From positions 120,778,001-120,842,000 of the forward strand of contig CM059432.1 of NCBI GenBank assembly GCA_030390025.1: a DNA stretch of 64,000 nt, given 5' to 3'. Each line of letters opens with the position of its first letter. Position 1 is the stretch's first letter. A program made the translations under genes and the position numbers. This document shows positions 48,862-62,396 of this stretch, piece after piece. The DNA is from Squalus acanthias. Lineage: Eukaryota. The notes under the pieces were generated by a model. The model was not told the origin of the DNA, made no database searches, and saw only the letters and a program-made list of their open reading frames with translations.

Positions 48862-51000
48862 CCAAAAGATTCCAGTATTTGCACCTCAACTATTCATCCT
48901 GGAAGTCTATTTCATATGCTGATCATTCTTGTGCAAAACCATTTCTTGGTATCAGTTCTAAATTTACCTTTTACTATTTTGATCCGCTGTCCACCTCTCA
49001 TTATTTAACTTAAAGTAATGTTCTGGGTTTGCCTTTTCCATTTCCTTGACTATCTTTACATCTAATTAAAATCACCTCTCAGACTTCAATGGAAAGGAAC
49101 ACTGGGCGGGGTGTAAAAATGAGCAGCGGATCTGCTATTGCCCATCGCCAAACGTTAAAAACTTAAAATCAGCGCTCTCGTTTCCAGGGTGAAAAGTTCA
49201 AGTTTCGTCAGTCTTTTCTCATAACTCAGAAGTTCAACATTAGGGATCAGCCTCATGGCTATTCTCTGGACACAGAATTTAAGATGCGGTTTGGCCAAAG
49301 CAAGCAGTTTGATCGTGACTTCCTTTTATTATATGTTCTACTGTTCTGGCTATATAGTTCAACATTCGATCGGCTTTGCTGATTGCTGTTTCAGCACCTT
49401 CATGGAGTGCATGTGCCACTTAATTTTCTTCCTACGTCCAGTACTTTGCATATTATATTCTGCCATTTATCTGTTAATTTGCATATTCTATCTAACTCAT
49501 TCTGTAATTGCTGATCTGTCTCCTCTTATTCTACTGCCTCTTCCGAGTTGGGTATCATTTGCAAGTTTGACCACTTTGCATAATTTTCTGAATCCAGGTC
49601 ATTTATGTAAATTAGAAACAGTATTGCTCCCAACACTGAGCCCTGGAGCACTCCAGTCAGTACTTATCCCCGCCGTATTTTCCGATCGGAGGCTTCCCGC
49701 GTGCAGAAGCCTCCGATCTGGAAAAAATCTACGCCCTTACCTGAGGGCTCCCGAGGTGCGTATAGTTCCGATGCTGGGCCTCTCGAACTCCAAGTGTGCA
49801 GGGCCCACGTATCCCAGAGGTGCATGCGGTTCGCAAGCGTCCCTGAGATCACGTGGGCCACGGGAAGCCAATCAAAGAAGGGAATCTCCCTTCATACACT
49901 TGACAGATAGACCTGTCAAATATATGAATGGAGATCACCCCAAAAACACTTCAAAACATTAAATAATTGTTTTTTTAAATCACATTTTTAAAATTAGTTG
50001 AAATTACAATAAATTAAATATTTTAAACAAAAATTTAATTTTTTGAAAAAATAATTAAAGTTTTTTACAGGGCTAAAAATAAACTTACCTTTTTTCAAGT
50101 ATTTTTAAATGATAAATGACTGAAAAAAAATATTTTTTTAAACTTTTTTTCAACTCTTATCCTGGTAAAAGCAGGCCTTACGCCTGCTTTTACCAGGCGT
50201 AAGAATTCTAAAGGTTTTCTGCGGGCGGAGGGGCTCCAGAAAGCGGAACTATCTGCCCACAGAGGCCCTTCTCCAGGGCAGGCGTACGATCTGTCAAGAG
50301 CATTCTTGACAGATCGGAAATGCCGGTTTTCAGCGCATGCGCTGTGCATGCCTGAAACCGGCATTTCCGATGTCCCTACGGATGGGTACACAACGCGTAC
50401 CCACCCGTAGGGATCGGAATATCCGGGCCATTGTTTTCTGCCCTTCAACCAGTTTCATATTCATTCCCAGGGATTACATTGAAACCCTAATGCTTTGAGT
50501 TTAACTATTAGTTTTAATGTGGAACTTTTATCAAATGTCTTTTAGAAGTCTAAGTATGTCATGTAGTAGAGCTTCCCACAGTCCATTTGGGTTGTCACTT
50601 TCTTGAAGAAGTCAAGGAAGTTAGCCAGGCAGCATATTCCCCTTCTGACTGGTGTTAGAAAGGTTATTATTGTACAGATAATCCTCAAGATTATATTGAA
50701 GTATTTGGGGATGAATTTTGTCTTGGCCGCTAGCGCAAACAGGCAATGGTGCATCCGGTGTCTGTTTTACACACCGCCATGTTTTTTCCATCGACTTCAA
50801 TAATGACTTCCTCCAAGTATTCACAAGAGAAGATATTAGCTCATGTGTTCTCTTGTGAATACTGGTAGGAAATCATTATTCAGAATATTTCCATTTTTGT
50901 GTTCATGTTCAGTTTCAAGCCTGTTTGCATCTTTTAGGGTTTTAACCTCTTTTCTGACTGCCCTGTTACTGTATTACTGAAAGGACTTTTTGAAGTTCAA
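48862..51000 (-). mobile_element. Old fragmented CR1 ORF2, interrupted by MITEs
   Basis: Decayed motifs on the minus strand (CLANFLDFF..VT, YLDF, VVKLANDTQL). Confidence 0.6.
49668..50428 (+). mobile_element. Hairpin-rich MITE
   Basis: Sibling of 7395-7913. Internal stems include cctggtaaaagcaggc/gcctgcttttaccagg, cgatctgtcaaga/tcttgacagatcg and gaaatgccggttt/aaaccggcatttc. Confidence 0.75.
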
Positions 51001-51212
51001 GAGTGAGTTGTCCGTGCCTTTATCGTGGGTAGAATGAATTCTATTTCAATAAATTATTCCACAGTTCCCCACTGAATATTCTGTTTATGATACATGTTAA
51101 TTTTGCCTGGAATTTTTTGGCGCCTGCTCTCACTCCACTGCCGTAACTTCATCGGGAATAAACAGGGTTTCCGATGTATTTCCAGCGAAGTTACATCAAC
51201 AGAGTAGGAATA

Positions 51213-53390
51213 TAAGAAGATAGGAACAGGAGTAGGCCTCAAACCTGTTCTGTCATTCAGTTAGATCATGGCTGCTCTGTACCTCATATCCATTTATCCA
51301 CCTTAGCTCCATATCCTTGATACCCTTACCGATAAAGTAACTACTGATCTCAGTCTTGAATGTTTCAGTCGACCCAGAGATCCACAACCTTTTAGGGGAG
51401 AGAGTTCCAGATTTCCACTATCATTTCCATGAAAAATGTCTTCCTGATTTCACTCCTAAATAACATAGCTTTAATTTTAAGATTATGCCCTCTTCTTCTG
51501 GATTCTCCACCAGAGTAAAGAGTTTCTCTGTATATAGCCTATCGAAGCCCTTTATCATTTTAATAACCTTGGTTAGGTCACCCCTGAACCTTCTAAACTC
51601 AATAGAATACAAGCCAAGTTTATGCAACCTGTCCTCATAATTTAACCCTTCAAGCCCTGGTATCATTCTGGTGAATTTGCACTGTACCCCTTCCAAGGCC
51701 AATAGGGGGAGAAATTCCCCATGAGGGCCATTTGGAGCGCTAAGTCAAAAATGTTTCAAATATTTGTTAAATTCCCATTTTTTGCTCCAAGGGGGAAGTG
51801 GAGCTCTAAATCAAGCGCTCCACTTGCCTCTTGGCACGCAAGAGGTGGGGAATGTCCCAATCTGGGGCAATGTGCTCAGCAGCGCCACGTGTGGACACGC
51901 ATGACGCTACCGCGTTGCAGGGGCTCTTCCCTCAATTAAGGGAAGGGCTCCTCGCTGTGAGCTCTGCATTTTTTTTGGCATCTGCTAGAGCACCGGGGTG
52001 CGATAGTGCCGTGCGATCAGCCCGCTGAGTGCCGGGCTGACCGATCGTGGCATTCAGTCAGCGTTCAGTGCTCAGAAATTTTTCTTTTAAAGCACGATTT
52101 TTTTCATGTCGGCCGGCCACTGTGCCTTTAAGTGGCTGGTCTCACCATTCACGACCCCTGTAGCAGTCGGTAACATCGCCCGGCGCTGCTGCGGGGCGCG
52201 AGGAGGAATTTTTCTCCCCAGGCGCTACCAGGGCACTGCGCCTGGAGATTATGTCATGATCTCCAGGCGCAGAAGATCGGGGCAATACTCGGTAACGCCG
52301 CCGCTAACAACCTGCGGAATTTCACGGGAGGCACGGTTAGTGCCTCGGGCGGACGAAAAGCCATTTGCGCCCCGTTAGCGCCTCCCACTGGAGGCGCTAA
52401 CGATGGAAATTTCACCCCCGATATCTTTCCTGAGGTGCGGTGTTCAAAACTGAATGCAGTACTCCAGATAGGATTTGATCAAGGCCCTGTATAACTGAAA
52501 CATCACTTCTTCACTTTCCATTCCAAGTCCCTTGAGATAAAGGCCAATACTCTTTTTGATTACTTTTTGTACCTGTGCACTAGCTTTTAGATTTGTATAC
52601 ATAGATATGTAAATCCTTTTGCTCCTCCACAGCTTGTACTCTCTCACCATTAAGAAAATATTCTGGTTTGTCTTTCCCAGATCCAAAGTAGATGACCTCA
52701 CAATTCCTCACATTGAACTCCATCTGCCATAATTTTACCGACTTACTTATTGTGTCTGTGTCTCTTTGTAACTTCAAGCTCCCACCTACACAACTTACTG
52801 AGCCTCCTAACTTGGTGTCATCTGCAAATTTGGATGTACAACTCTCTATTCCTTAATACACGTTACTGAATTATGTATATGGTGAAAAGCTAAGGCTCCA
52901 GTACAGATTCCTGGGGAACACCATTTTTCACACCCCACCAATCAGAGAACATTCCCTTTACCCCTATTCTCTGTCTCCTACTTCCCAACCAATTACCAAG
53001 TCATGTCACAAGGTTACTTCCAATTCCGTTTGCTTTCATTTTTAGTATAACATTATTAAATGCCTTCTGGAAGTCCATATAGCCAACCATTATTGACACT
53101 ACCCTATCCACAATGCTAGTGAACTCGACAAAAAAATTAACTACATTCGTCAGGCAATAAATTGTTACAAATCCATGCTGACTCGCTTTGATCAGCTCAT
53201 ACTAGTCCATGTGCTCAGTCACTCTGTCTTTGCTGATTGATTCCAGTGACTGCCCCACAACTGATGTTAAACTAATGGATCTGTAATTACCTGGCTTCTT
53301 CTTCCCACCCTCCTTTAAATAACGTAGCGACATTTGCAATTTTCCAATCCAAAGACACCATTCCTGAACCAAGAGAAATTTCCTGCTCCA
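51213..53390 (-). mobile_element. CR1 LINE 3' portion, split by a MITE at 51705-52419
   Basis: ORFs 51421-51702, 52444-52701 and 52580-52777 are CR1 ORF2 pieces; the CR1 3' UTR lies at 51213-51330. Confidence 0.85.
51705..52419. mobile_element. GC-rich Harbinger-type MITE
   Basis: TIRs gggggagaaatt / aatttcaccccc; inserted in collinear CR1 sequence with ATA on both sides. Confidence 0.88.
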
Positions 53391-53571
53391 AGGAAAATAA
53401 GTTTATTTTTAAATGCACTTTGATTAATCTTTGCTGAGGATTGTTTCCAGTGTAGAGGCATTGTTAATACTCCTTAGGATGCAAAGAGAACTTCCCATTC
53501 AAATCTCTCCAAATATAAATGCCCAGCGTCTTGAAAATTCCCTTTCCCAAAGAAAAATAGTGCAAAATAGT

Positions 53572-53703
53572 GGGCTGGAGTTTTCTCAGAGCTACTCTCG
53601 CTCTGCCACCAGACTGCAACGGAAATCCCATTTACATGCATAAACGGAGTTTCCAGTGAAGTTACAGTGGAGAGAGGGAGCAGCTCGGAGGAAATTCTGG
53701 GCC
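53572..53703. mobile_element. Short palindromic MITE
   Basis: Ends gggctggagttttctc / gaggaaattctgggcc; imperfect fold-back. Confidence 0.6.
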
Positions 53704-54012
53704 AATGGCCTAGGAATTCGATAACGCAAAAAAAGGGGCACGGACAGCACTATGCAAGAATGGCCACACCCGTTCTAAAAGCGCAGGACACACAGCAACT
53801 TTGTGCTGCCTGCTAATTATCATGATTGCAGCTCACAGCCTAGCGCTAAACGCACTGTTGACAGGCTGTGTGCTCAGCAGGGGGCCAAAGTTCATGTTGT
53901 TTGAGCGAGGCTAGATTTACTTAAAGCTAACCTGCTCCTTTTAAAGGCAGTCTGCAGCTCTTAAAGGTGAGCTGCCTTCTGCTGATTTAAAATGGTAAAA
54001 GCACTAACACAA

Positions 54013-54484
54013 ATGGCTTAACAGGCCAGGGAAAGGGCACCCAGGGTCTCCCATGCAGCACATGAGCTTTGTGCAAGGGGTGAACACTCAAGGAGAAGCC
54101 TTCTACCCACAGGGGGGGTTGTGGCTCTCCAGAAAGAAGGATGAGGGACTAGATCGCTGAGGCGGTCACTGTCAGCAGGGTCGCCCCCAGGACCTGGCTC
54201 CAGTGCCCAAAAAGTTTCATGACCTCAGATGAGTGGTCAAGGTCAGTGAATGCATCATCAAAAGCCATCTCCTACCAACTGCACCACTAGCCTAACACAC
54301 TGCTCAATGCACAACCCACCCCGCCCCCAATCACTCACCTACCAACCATCGCTACAAAACATGAGGCACACCTCACTTTCCTAGCTTCACCTCAACCCCT
54401 TGGTGGAGACAGTGCTGGCCATTCTTGGCAGGGGCATGGCTGCGCCCTTGGCCAGCGGCAGGGCTGAAAGAATACAAGATGCCG
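54013..54484 (+). pseudogene. Old Harbinger Myb-like gene relic (element F)
   Basis: RERAPRVS..A, IAEAVT...PRTWLQC.K.FHDL..VVK followed by a GT donor at 54242; exon-2-like LNPLVETVLAILG. Confidence 0.7.
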
Positions 54485-55499
54485 GTATCCTCATACGTTA
54501 TCCTCCTTCTCATATCCCACTTCTCCCTAATCCCACAATCTCTTCTGATCAGAGATGAACAGGCAAATTGAATGACACATTTCTGTCATTTGAATATCAT
54601 TTCAATATGCCCATCCATATATGGGCAAATATATACACTGTGACCCATCATTTCCGATGGGAAATCCAATGGGCATGAAAATGGGTATGGAAGGGGCAGA
54701 GTGCATCCGCATCCCATGTTCTGCTCCAGTACTGTCCAGAAATTGGCAGAGGGAGGGTGGAAGTTCCCAGCCATGTTGTCCAATTACACAGCTGTACTTG
54801 TTCTGGTCATGAAGAAATCTCTGGCCTAGGGTGGCTGAACTTTCTGTTGTCTGTATGGAAACAGACAGTCATATCGGAGAAATTGGAAGAAATGTATCAA
54901 GAAATATTGACGTAATTTGTAACCCTACGTGTAAGTCTGAAAGCCCTACTGTAGGCTCTAACTTTCTTTGATTAGTTACTCTTAAGTCTCATTAGACGAA
55001 TTGTCTTTCCAACAGAGAACCGTTAACAACATGGCAAAGAGCCAAGATAATACATTCTCAAAACAGGTTTAAAACCTCGAAGAGCGCTTAGAAATTGTGC
55101 AGAAATCATTCTCTACTAAAATGGAAACAATTTATTAAATGTAAGTAATGTCTGACTTGCAGGTGTTTACATTATGATCAAATGGAGTAAATAGCCACCA
55201 ATCCAATATCTTGATGGTTATATTAACCTTTAAACTGTAAACCAGACATGCATTGAACTCATTGTATGATGAATGTGTAACATATGTTTTTTATGCTTCT
55301 TCTAGTTTTGTATCCCCGATGATTTAAATGTTGCTGATAACATCACAAAAACATCTGTGCATCTGAGGAGAACCTTTTATTGATTCCAAAATAGGCTTCC
55401 TTCAGTTGCTTAGTAGTCTCTGAGCCATTTTTCTCTGTCGTACTTCAAAGCTTTTCTCCTGTCTAATCTCCCTCTCAAACGCTTCCTCATAATTATAGC

Positions 55500-57060
55500 A
55501 CCAAGGAGCCCTAATCAACGGGGATCCAGAAGAAAGGCCGCCAGTCGTTGAAGTTTGAGACCAATTGTTGCAGCCACGGGACATCTCTGCAGGAGTGCCT
55601 CAGGGCAGCCTCCTCGCCCCAACCATCTTCAGCTGCTTCACCAATGCTCTTCCCTCCATCATACAATCAGGACCGGGGATGTTCGATGATAATTCTACAA
55701 TGTTCAGCTCCATTCGCCGCTCCTTTGACAATGAAACAGTCCATAGCAGCCTACAGCGGGTGGAGGACTATATCCAGGTTTGGGCTGACAAATCGAAGGT
55801 AGCGTTCATGCCACATAAGTGCAGGTAATGACAATCTCCAGCCAGGAGTTTGATGGATTACTCACCACTTGACTGGATGGGTGCAGTTGTAACAACGCTC
55901 AAGAAGCTTAACACCACTCAGGATAGAGCAGGTGTGTTTGATCTGTGCCCCTGGTACTGGACTTGATATCGACACTCTTCACCAATCATACACTGTGGCT
56001 GTAGTGTGCACTAGCTACAGAATGCAGCGCAAGAATTCGCCAGGGCTGATTCCAACTCTGGACGGGAATCACGGGCGTGGGGGCCAAACTAGGCAGCAGA
56101 CCATCCATCTACTCGGAGTGTGAGGCCCGAGAGAGTTTAATATCCTGGTCTTATTTGCAGGCTCCAAATCTGACACCTGTCCAAAGCTGGCGGGAATGAT
56201 GCCATCGCTGGCAGGTGGCAGTCAAAATTGGTGAGGGTTGCGACTGCCATCGGGGACTCAAGAAAACGGTCACTGGTAAGGTAAGTGCAGGTTGGGGAGG
56301 GGTCAGCAAGTCTCCGATAGGTGGAGGGAGGAAGCCCAGGGAAGCTGAGGCAGAAGGTGTCCATCTGGGGCCAGGAGGAGCATTCCTGTTCCTCCTGACC
56401 CACAAGGCACCTTTAAAAAAAATTAAGAAAAAAAATTAACCTTGGCCTCCCGTGGTCTGTATCCTCGCTGCCACCAGCTTTTGCTGGGGGACTGGAGGTA
56501 TAGCAGGCTTTATTGGGTCTGCTGTTAAAATAATGCCAGTGGGACGCGACACTGCCATTTAAATTAAACCCCCACTCCTCTGGGAAAGGTGACCTTCCCA
56601 TGCCTGATTTCAGGCAGATAAAAATGGTGGGTGACGGGAATGCATCGGGAATGCAGCTCAAACCCCACCCCCCCACCACTCTACCATCTTATCCCCCCTC
56701 CCACCCGCACCATTCCCGCGGGACAGGGGAGTTAAAATCAACTTTGCCAAATTTTCTTTCACGGCATCTGCCAGCTTCATGAGACCTCTATCACTTAGAA
56801 GATCATGGGAACATTGGTCACCTCCAAGTTCCCCTCCAAGTTACGCACCATCCTGAATTGGACATAGGCCATTGTTCCTTCATCGCTGCTGAGTCAGAAT
56901 CCTGGAATTCCCTACCTAACACCTATGTGGGAGTACGTTCAGTACAAGGATTGCAGCGGTTCAAGGAAAAGTCTCTGCCCACCACCAGCTTCTCTGGGAT
57001 GGCAATCAAAGTGACTTTTTTTCAGAATCGGCCACATCCCAAGAACAAATTAAAAAAACA
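55500..57060 (+). mobile_element. Old copy of the 350-3520 LINE family, split by a MITE (about 56042-56745)
   Basis: DISAGVPQGS, followed by 3' UTR homology at 56780-57060. Confidence 0.75.
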
Positions 57061-57803
57061 ACTCCCTCTGCGGCGCAACCCCTGTGCCCAAACTGCCTCC
57101 CTCTGAACTTCCCAGCCATTATTGTCTGCCTGTTCCACAGAGCTGTCAATGTTAGAAAAATCCTAGATGTGAGATTTTCAGTCATGAGCTGTACTGTTGA
57201 GGCGTCCTCTCAGGTCAAAAACATGAATGTGGTTAAAAATTGTCTGTGTCCGTCATTTGGGCTGCAGAGCACAACTTGTCTGTGCTTCACTCGGAGTCTG
57301 CTGCATTAGTCAAGTATATTTCAGCTGGAAAGTGTCTGCAGTTCCTGATTGTTGGTGTGAATTTTGTTATTAGTCTAACTTATGTGAAAAAATGACATGC
57401 GGCTACTTTAGATTGAGCTATGACTAGTTTGTGCCCCTGTATAATCTATAGTTTGAAAACAAGAACAATGAGGCATTTTTACACACAAAGTTCATTTCAA
57501 GACTTTGTTTTCGTGTCATCCTTTATATTATCCATTATAATACATAAAGCATTCCTGCCTGGTCTTATCTTTGTCATGGTCCCTTTAACTCCATAACAAG
57601 GACTAGGACTGGGGCGTTCCTCTGCCGACCGATCGGTGAACATAGTACAGCAGGTTGGGCTTTGCACCCGCCAGGCAGACATGCTGCTGATGCTGACAAC
57701 ATTTCTGGGATCAGCTTATTTAAAATTTTTCGGTAGGATTCTGACCTGCACACAAGAGATTACTACTAGGGGAGCAGGAGGAGTAGGATGCCTGTACAAT
57801 TTA

Positions 57804-58232
57804 AACAACTACAACAACAACAACTTGTATTTATATAGCACCTTTAACGTAGTAAAATGTCCCAAGGTGCTTCACAGGAGCATTTTAAGACAAAAAATTT
57901 GACACCAAGCCACATAATGATAAATTAGGGCAGGTGAACAAAAGCTTGGTCAAAGAGGTAGGTTTTAAGGAGCATCTTAAAGGAGGAGAGAGAGATAGAG
58001 AGGCGGAGAGGTTTAGGCAGGGAATTCCAGAGCTTAGGGCCTAGGCAACAGAAGGCACGGCCACCAAAGGTTGAGCGATTATAATCAGGGATGCTCAAGA
58101 GGGCAGAATTAGAGGAGCGCAGATATCTCGGGGGATTGTGGGGCTGAAGGAGATTACAGAGATAGGGAGGGGGGAGGCCATGAAGGGATTTGAAAACAAG
58201 GATGAGAATTTTGAAATCGAGGCGTTGCTTAG
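57804..58232 (-). mobile_element. L2 LINE 3' fragment
   Basis: RLDFKILILVFKSLHGLPPPYL...GGRAF....PKLWNSLP...FK..LKTYLF; (TTG)n tail. Confidence 0.9.
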
Positions 58233-58254
58233 AGGCAAGGTGCCTGCTTTGAAG

Positions 58255-58388
58255 GCAACAAAGAAGGGTCATCGACCTGAAACGTTAACTCTGTTTCTCT
58301 CTCCATGATGCTGCCTGACTTGCTGAGTGTTTCCAACATTTTCTGTTGTTGTTTCAGATTTCCAGCATCCGCTGTATTTTGCTTTTGT
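58255..58388 (+). mobile_element. Penelope-derived short repeat with truncated hammerhead core
   Basis: aGAAgggtcatcgacctGAAAcgtt has stem II and a palindromic stem III, but the CTGA core is missing. Confidence 0.6.
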
Positions 58389-59194
58389 AAAAAATATCCT
58401 TGGCCTGATAAAATTGCATAATCTACCAATCATTCTACTGCGCCTAAATAATTAGGTCGTCCTGCTTTGGGTCTTTAAATTCCTGACATAATTGCACCTT
58501 TCCTACCAACGCTAGAAAACATTTAATATTTGATGTCAACTCTATCATTGTTGCCTCATTAAAATCCATCTACCTATTATTTAGGCGGGAGCCTTGGGTG
58601 TCCAGTGTAAGTGGTGCCAGAAAATCTGACACACGGAAAAATATGACAGATCCCTTCCCACCACCTTCCCAGTACTGGTGGTAAACTGGTGTAAATATAC
58701 TGTGTGACTTTGCTCAGTTGTGTGCATCACCCACCGCTGGTTACTTTTGAATTTGAATGAGAATTATTTAAATTCAACAAACCCTGGCAACTATTCAAGG
58801 TGTATTTAAATATATTGAACTCTGCTAATCATTGTGTGAAGTTGAGTTGAGCCAATTGAAAGCTTCAGAGAAAGATAGGATAGATTTGTGAGGACTTTCC
58901 ACCGTGAGCTGTGTGATAACGCATAAGAACTTCAGATGTTAGTTAGTAATGGTCAGTTCACTACTGGATAGCGAAACTTTACTTCATGGCTGAAGTCCCG
59001 AGATTATTCTATTTAAAACACTCAAAACACTTTTCAAAAATACATTCTTTTTTTCATTTTTCTAAAGGAGTTGAAATTTTCTATGCACCCTATAAAAATA
59101 AATAGGTTAATAGCTTTGTTAAAATAGTATACAGAGGACTTTATCAAGAAGAATTTATACAGCCCCTCGAGCACTATTTTCCCTTGATTGGACT

Positions 59195-59331
59195 CTAGGG
59201 GAATCAAGGGATATGGAGATCGAGCAGGAAAGTGGAGTTGAGTTCGATGATCAGCCATGATCTTATTGAATGGTGGAGCAGGCTCGAGGGGCCGTATGGC
59301 CTACTCCTGCTCTTATTTCTTATGTTCTTAT
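59195..59331 (+). mobile_element. CR1 3' UTR fragment
   Basis: Matches 28135-28270; (TTCTTATG)n tail. Confidence 0.85.
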
Positions 59332-59334
59332 GAT

Positions 59335-59913
59335 GATCGACTCGCAGAGAGACCGTGGGGACCCAGACCTCATGCTGTGTGTTATGGATGAGGTGGCAGC
59401 AGCTATTGCAGCACAGCTCTCATGCAGTCTCAGATTGATGCCACGCAAGCGCTGACTGCTGCCATTCTCGCTGGGTCACCCACAGTCCACCGGGGATCTC
59501 ACGGTGCCGCAGCAGGCCAGCAATCTGTGCTCGAGCAGATTGCTCCGGATGCTGAAGTTCTGCCTCGGTGGAGTGGCAGTGTGTTGGTAGAGCAGGAAAG
59601 TGCTGTCCTCTCTCAGGATGATAGTATTCCTGCTCTCACCACTGCCACTCCGTCATTGCACTTGTCACAGCCTGTAACCCAGCCAGCCCAGACTGCTGCC
59701 ACCTATGCTGAGGTGGTGCAGTCTGCAGCCGTGCCTTCCAGGCGCAGAGCTGGTCGAGGGCGTCCTGCAAGGCCATCTGCAGTCTCTGGCTCCCAGACTC
59801 AGCAGCCTTCCACCAGTCTTGCTGCAGCCAGTGGGGCCACATTATGGAGGAGCAGGAGGGTTGGGAGGGGGCAAGTGCGAAGGGGAGGGCAATCATTGAA
59901 GAAGGGGGAGTAA
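59335..59913 (+). pseudogene. 3' portion of the Harbinger D accessory (Myb-type) gene
   Basis: Convergent with the transposase, low complexity, with GRGRP and a basic C-terminus like the B protein. The Myb domain itself is absent. Confidence 0.55.
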
Positions 59914-60155
59914 AGAATACTTTATTAGAAAATGGGGGTAGTGTGTGTTAATAAATTGACGTGTTTGTAAATATATTGTTGAGTTTGTTTATGAATAGTT
60001 GTGTTTCATAACAGAGAGTTGTGTTCAATATTAAATTGTTCATTTGACGATCCATATTTTGTGATGTTTCTCATTTGACCTTTGCCAGGTGATAGAGGCT
60101 GTGACCTGGATGTAATGATGTGGTTGTGCTGTGCAAACGCCATGTGATGCATCAT

Positions 60156-61319
60156 TTATTGGAAGCTGTGTCTAATGAGGCGTTCACGAACGGTCCTTGC
60201 AGAAGCAAGATTGAGTGGCTCCCTCCTCTGTTGCTGCTGCTCCTCCTCCTCTTCATCCTCCTCCTCCGCCTCTTCCTCCTCCTCTTCCTCTTCCTCCTCC
60301 TGAGGTGGACCTGCAATCCCTGGTGGCAATGGCTGGGCCCTCAGAATGGCCAGGTAGTGCAGCATGCAGCACACAACGATGAAAAGGGAGACTCAATCAG
60401 GGGAGTATTGCAGGGCTCCTCCAGAGCAGTCAAGGCAGCGGAACCATTGCTTTAGCACGCTGATAGTGTGTTCGATCAGGTTCCTGGTGGCGCTATGGCT
60501 GTCATTGTATGCATGCTGAGCAGGAGTGTTGGGGTTGTGGAGGGGTGTCATCAGCCAGGTGGCGAGTGGATAACCCTTGTCTCCGAGCAGCCAGCCACGA
60601 GCTTTATGTGGAACAGTGCTGGGACTCCGGTCTAACACAGGATGAATGCATCGTGGCTGCTGCCAGGATAGCGGGCATTGACAGCGAGAATGCGCTGCCT
60701 GTGGTCGCACACCAACTGAACGTTCAGAGAGTGGTAGCCTTTGCAGTTACGGAACACCTCTACATTATGATGAGGTGCCCACAATGCCACATGGGTGCAG
60801 TCAATGGCGCCCTGAACCTTGGGGAAGCCCGCTATCCTTGCAAAGCCACATGAGCGTTCATCCTGTTTCGCGCTGGTCATGGGGAATGAGATGTACTCCC
60901 TTCTCCTTCTGTAGAGAGCGTCTGTTACCTCCCGGATGCAGCAATGGATGGCGAACTGTGAAATGTTTGCAATATCCCCTGTTGAAGCCTGGAAGGAGTC
61001 ACTGGCGTAGAAATTGAGAGTGACTATGACCTTAACTGCCACTGAGGGAGACATCCTGATCTTGAGCTGAGGCTGGAGGTCTGGCTGCAGGAGGTGGCAA
61101 AGCTCTGTGACCACCTCCTTGCTGAAGTGGAGCCTTCTAAGGCACTGCTCCTCTGAGAGGTGAATGTAGGAGAACTGCTCCCGGAATACCCTGGGAGGGT
61201 AAGGCCTCCTGTTGAAAGCCCTGTTGGCCCTCCTCCCTCTGGCCACGTTTACCAATCTTCCTCCGCTGCCTCCGACGGTGATGCTGGAGGGCGAGGTCCA
61301 GTTCCAGTACAGCCCCCAT
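60156..61319 (-). pseudogene. Harbinger transposase D, frameshifted
   Basis: GAIDCTH, YPGSSHD, LLGDKGYP and RNLIEH are present, so all three DDE positions are retained. Acidic C-terminal tract; frameshifts and a stop at 60393. Confidence 0.92.
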
Positions 61320-62017
61320 TAAATGATGGAAATGTTGCATTATCAAATGTAACCCAAATGAAAGGGATACATTTTTCTCAGCCAGAATACTCCTTCAAGT
61401 TGAAAATGGTCAAATGGGTCAAAACGCCTGTCTGCTTGTGTCAAACTGACAAGGCAGCATTGTTTGCCGACAAAAAAAACCCCGGAAGTTGACCCCTTTA
61501 TATAGCGCTACTCCAGCGGTCATCCGACTGCAAACCGCCTCCTCTACCTGTCGTTGCTAACGGTAGGCGCGCAGGCAGAGGGCGAGAGTGAATTTCTGAG
61601 CCGGCCGCACTGCTGGGGCGCAGCGCACCCAGGATGATGTCATGATCTACGGGCGCAGGAGATCGTGGCACTAGTGGTTATCACCGCCGCAAACCTCCAG
61701 CTCAATCTCGCGGCTGTCGGTACTAGCGCCGCACCCGGTCGCAAAGCCGATAGCGCCCCGTTGGTGCCCCCCAGAGGCACTAAGGGGAGCCACAAAGGCA
61801 CCTAATTTCTCACCCCCTACCTAATGGAATTTTGAAATGAAAGGAAATTGGAGTTGCACTACAGGAAAGTCATGATCAAAAAAATGTCAACATTTTGAAT
61901 AATGTCCCTTCACTCATAACATTAGTCCATTTTTCTCTAACTTATTATGTATTTCCAGTATTTTCTCTTTTCATTTAAGTGATGTAGAGCTCACAAGAGT
62001 GCTGATTGTACATTAGG

Positions 62018-62396
62018 TGTCAGCCGTGGCTCAGTGGGTAGTACTCTCACCTCTGAGTTAGAAGACTGTGGGTTCAAGTTCTACTCCTTGAGACTTGAGC
62101 AAAAAATCTAGGCTGACACTCCAGTGCAGTACTGAAGGAGTGCTGCACTGTTGTTCGGATAAGATGTTAAACCGAGGCTCCGTCAGCCCTCTCAGGCAGG
62201 CGTAAAAGATACCACAACACTATTTTGAAGAAGAGAAGGAGAGTTCTCCTCAGCCTTGGCCAATATTTGTCCCTCAATCAAAATGACTAAAAGACAGATT
62301 ATCTGATCATTAGCACATTGCTGTTTGTGGAACCTTGCTGTGCACAAATTGGCAGCCACATTTCTACGTTACAACATGCAAGCCTTTCTTTCTTTC
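62018..62396 (+). mobile_element. Deu-domain SINE
   Basis: Matches the 39205 copy. Confidence 0.88.

Larger units (their letters stand above)
59335..61817 (-). mobile_element. PIF/Harbinger element D (different family): transposase plus the 3' part of a convergent partner gene; one end missing
   Basis: Terminal aatttctcaccccc; the subterminal region is homologous to the MITEs at 18814 and 51705. Confidence 0.85.

Noticed and set aside
49255..49962. 235-aa ORF
   Set aside because: It is antisense to decayed CR1 and runs into a MITE, with no recognisable domain.
57497..57745. Possible terminal exon on the minus strand (acceptor at 57746)
   Set aside because: The peptides are unrecognised and there is no partner exon, so it is unsupported.
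58255..58290. Functional hammerhead (also at about 13117-13145)
   Set aside because: The catalytic core is truncated or mutated.
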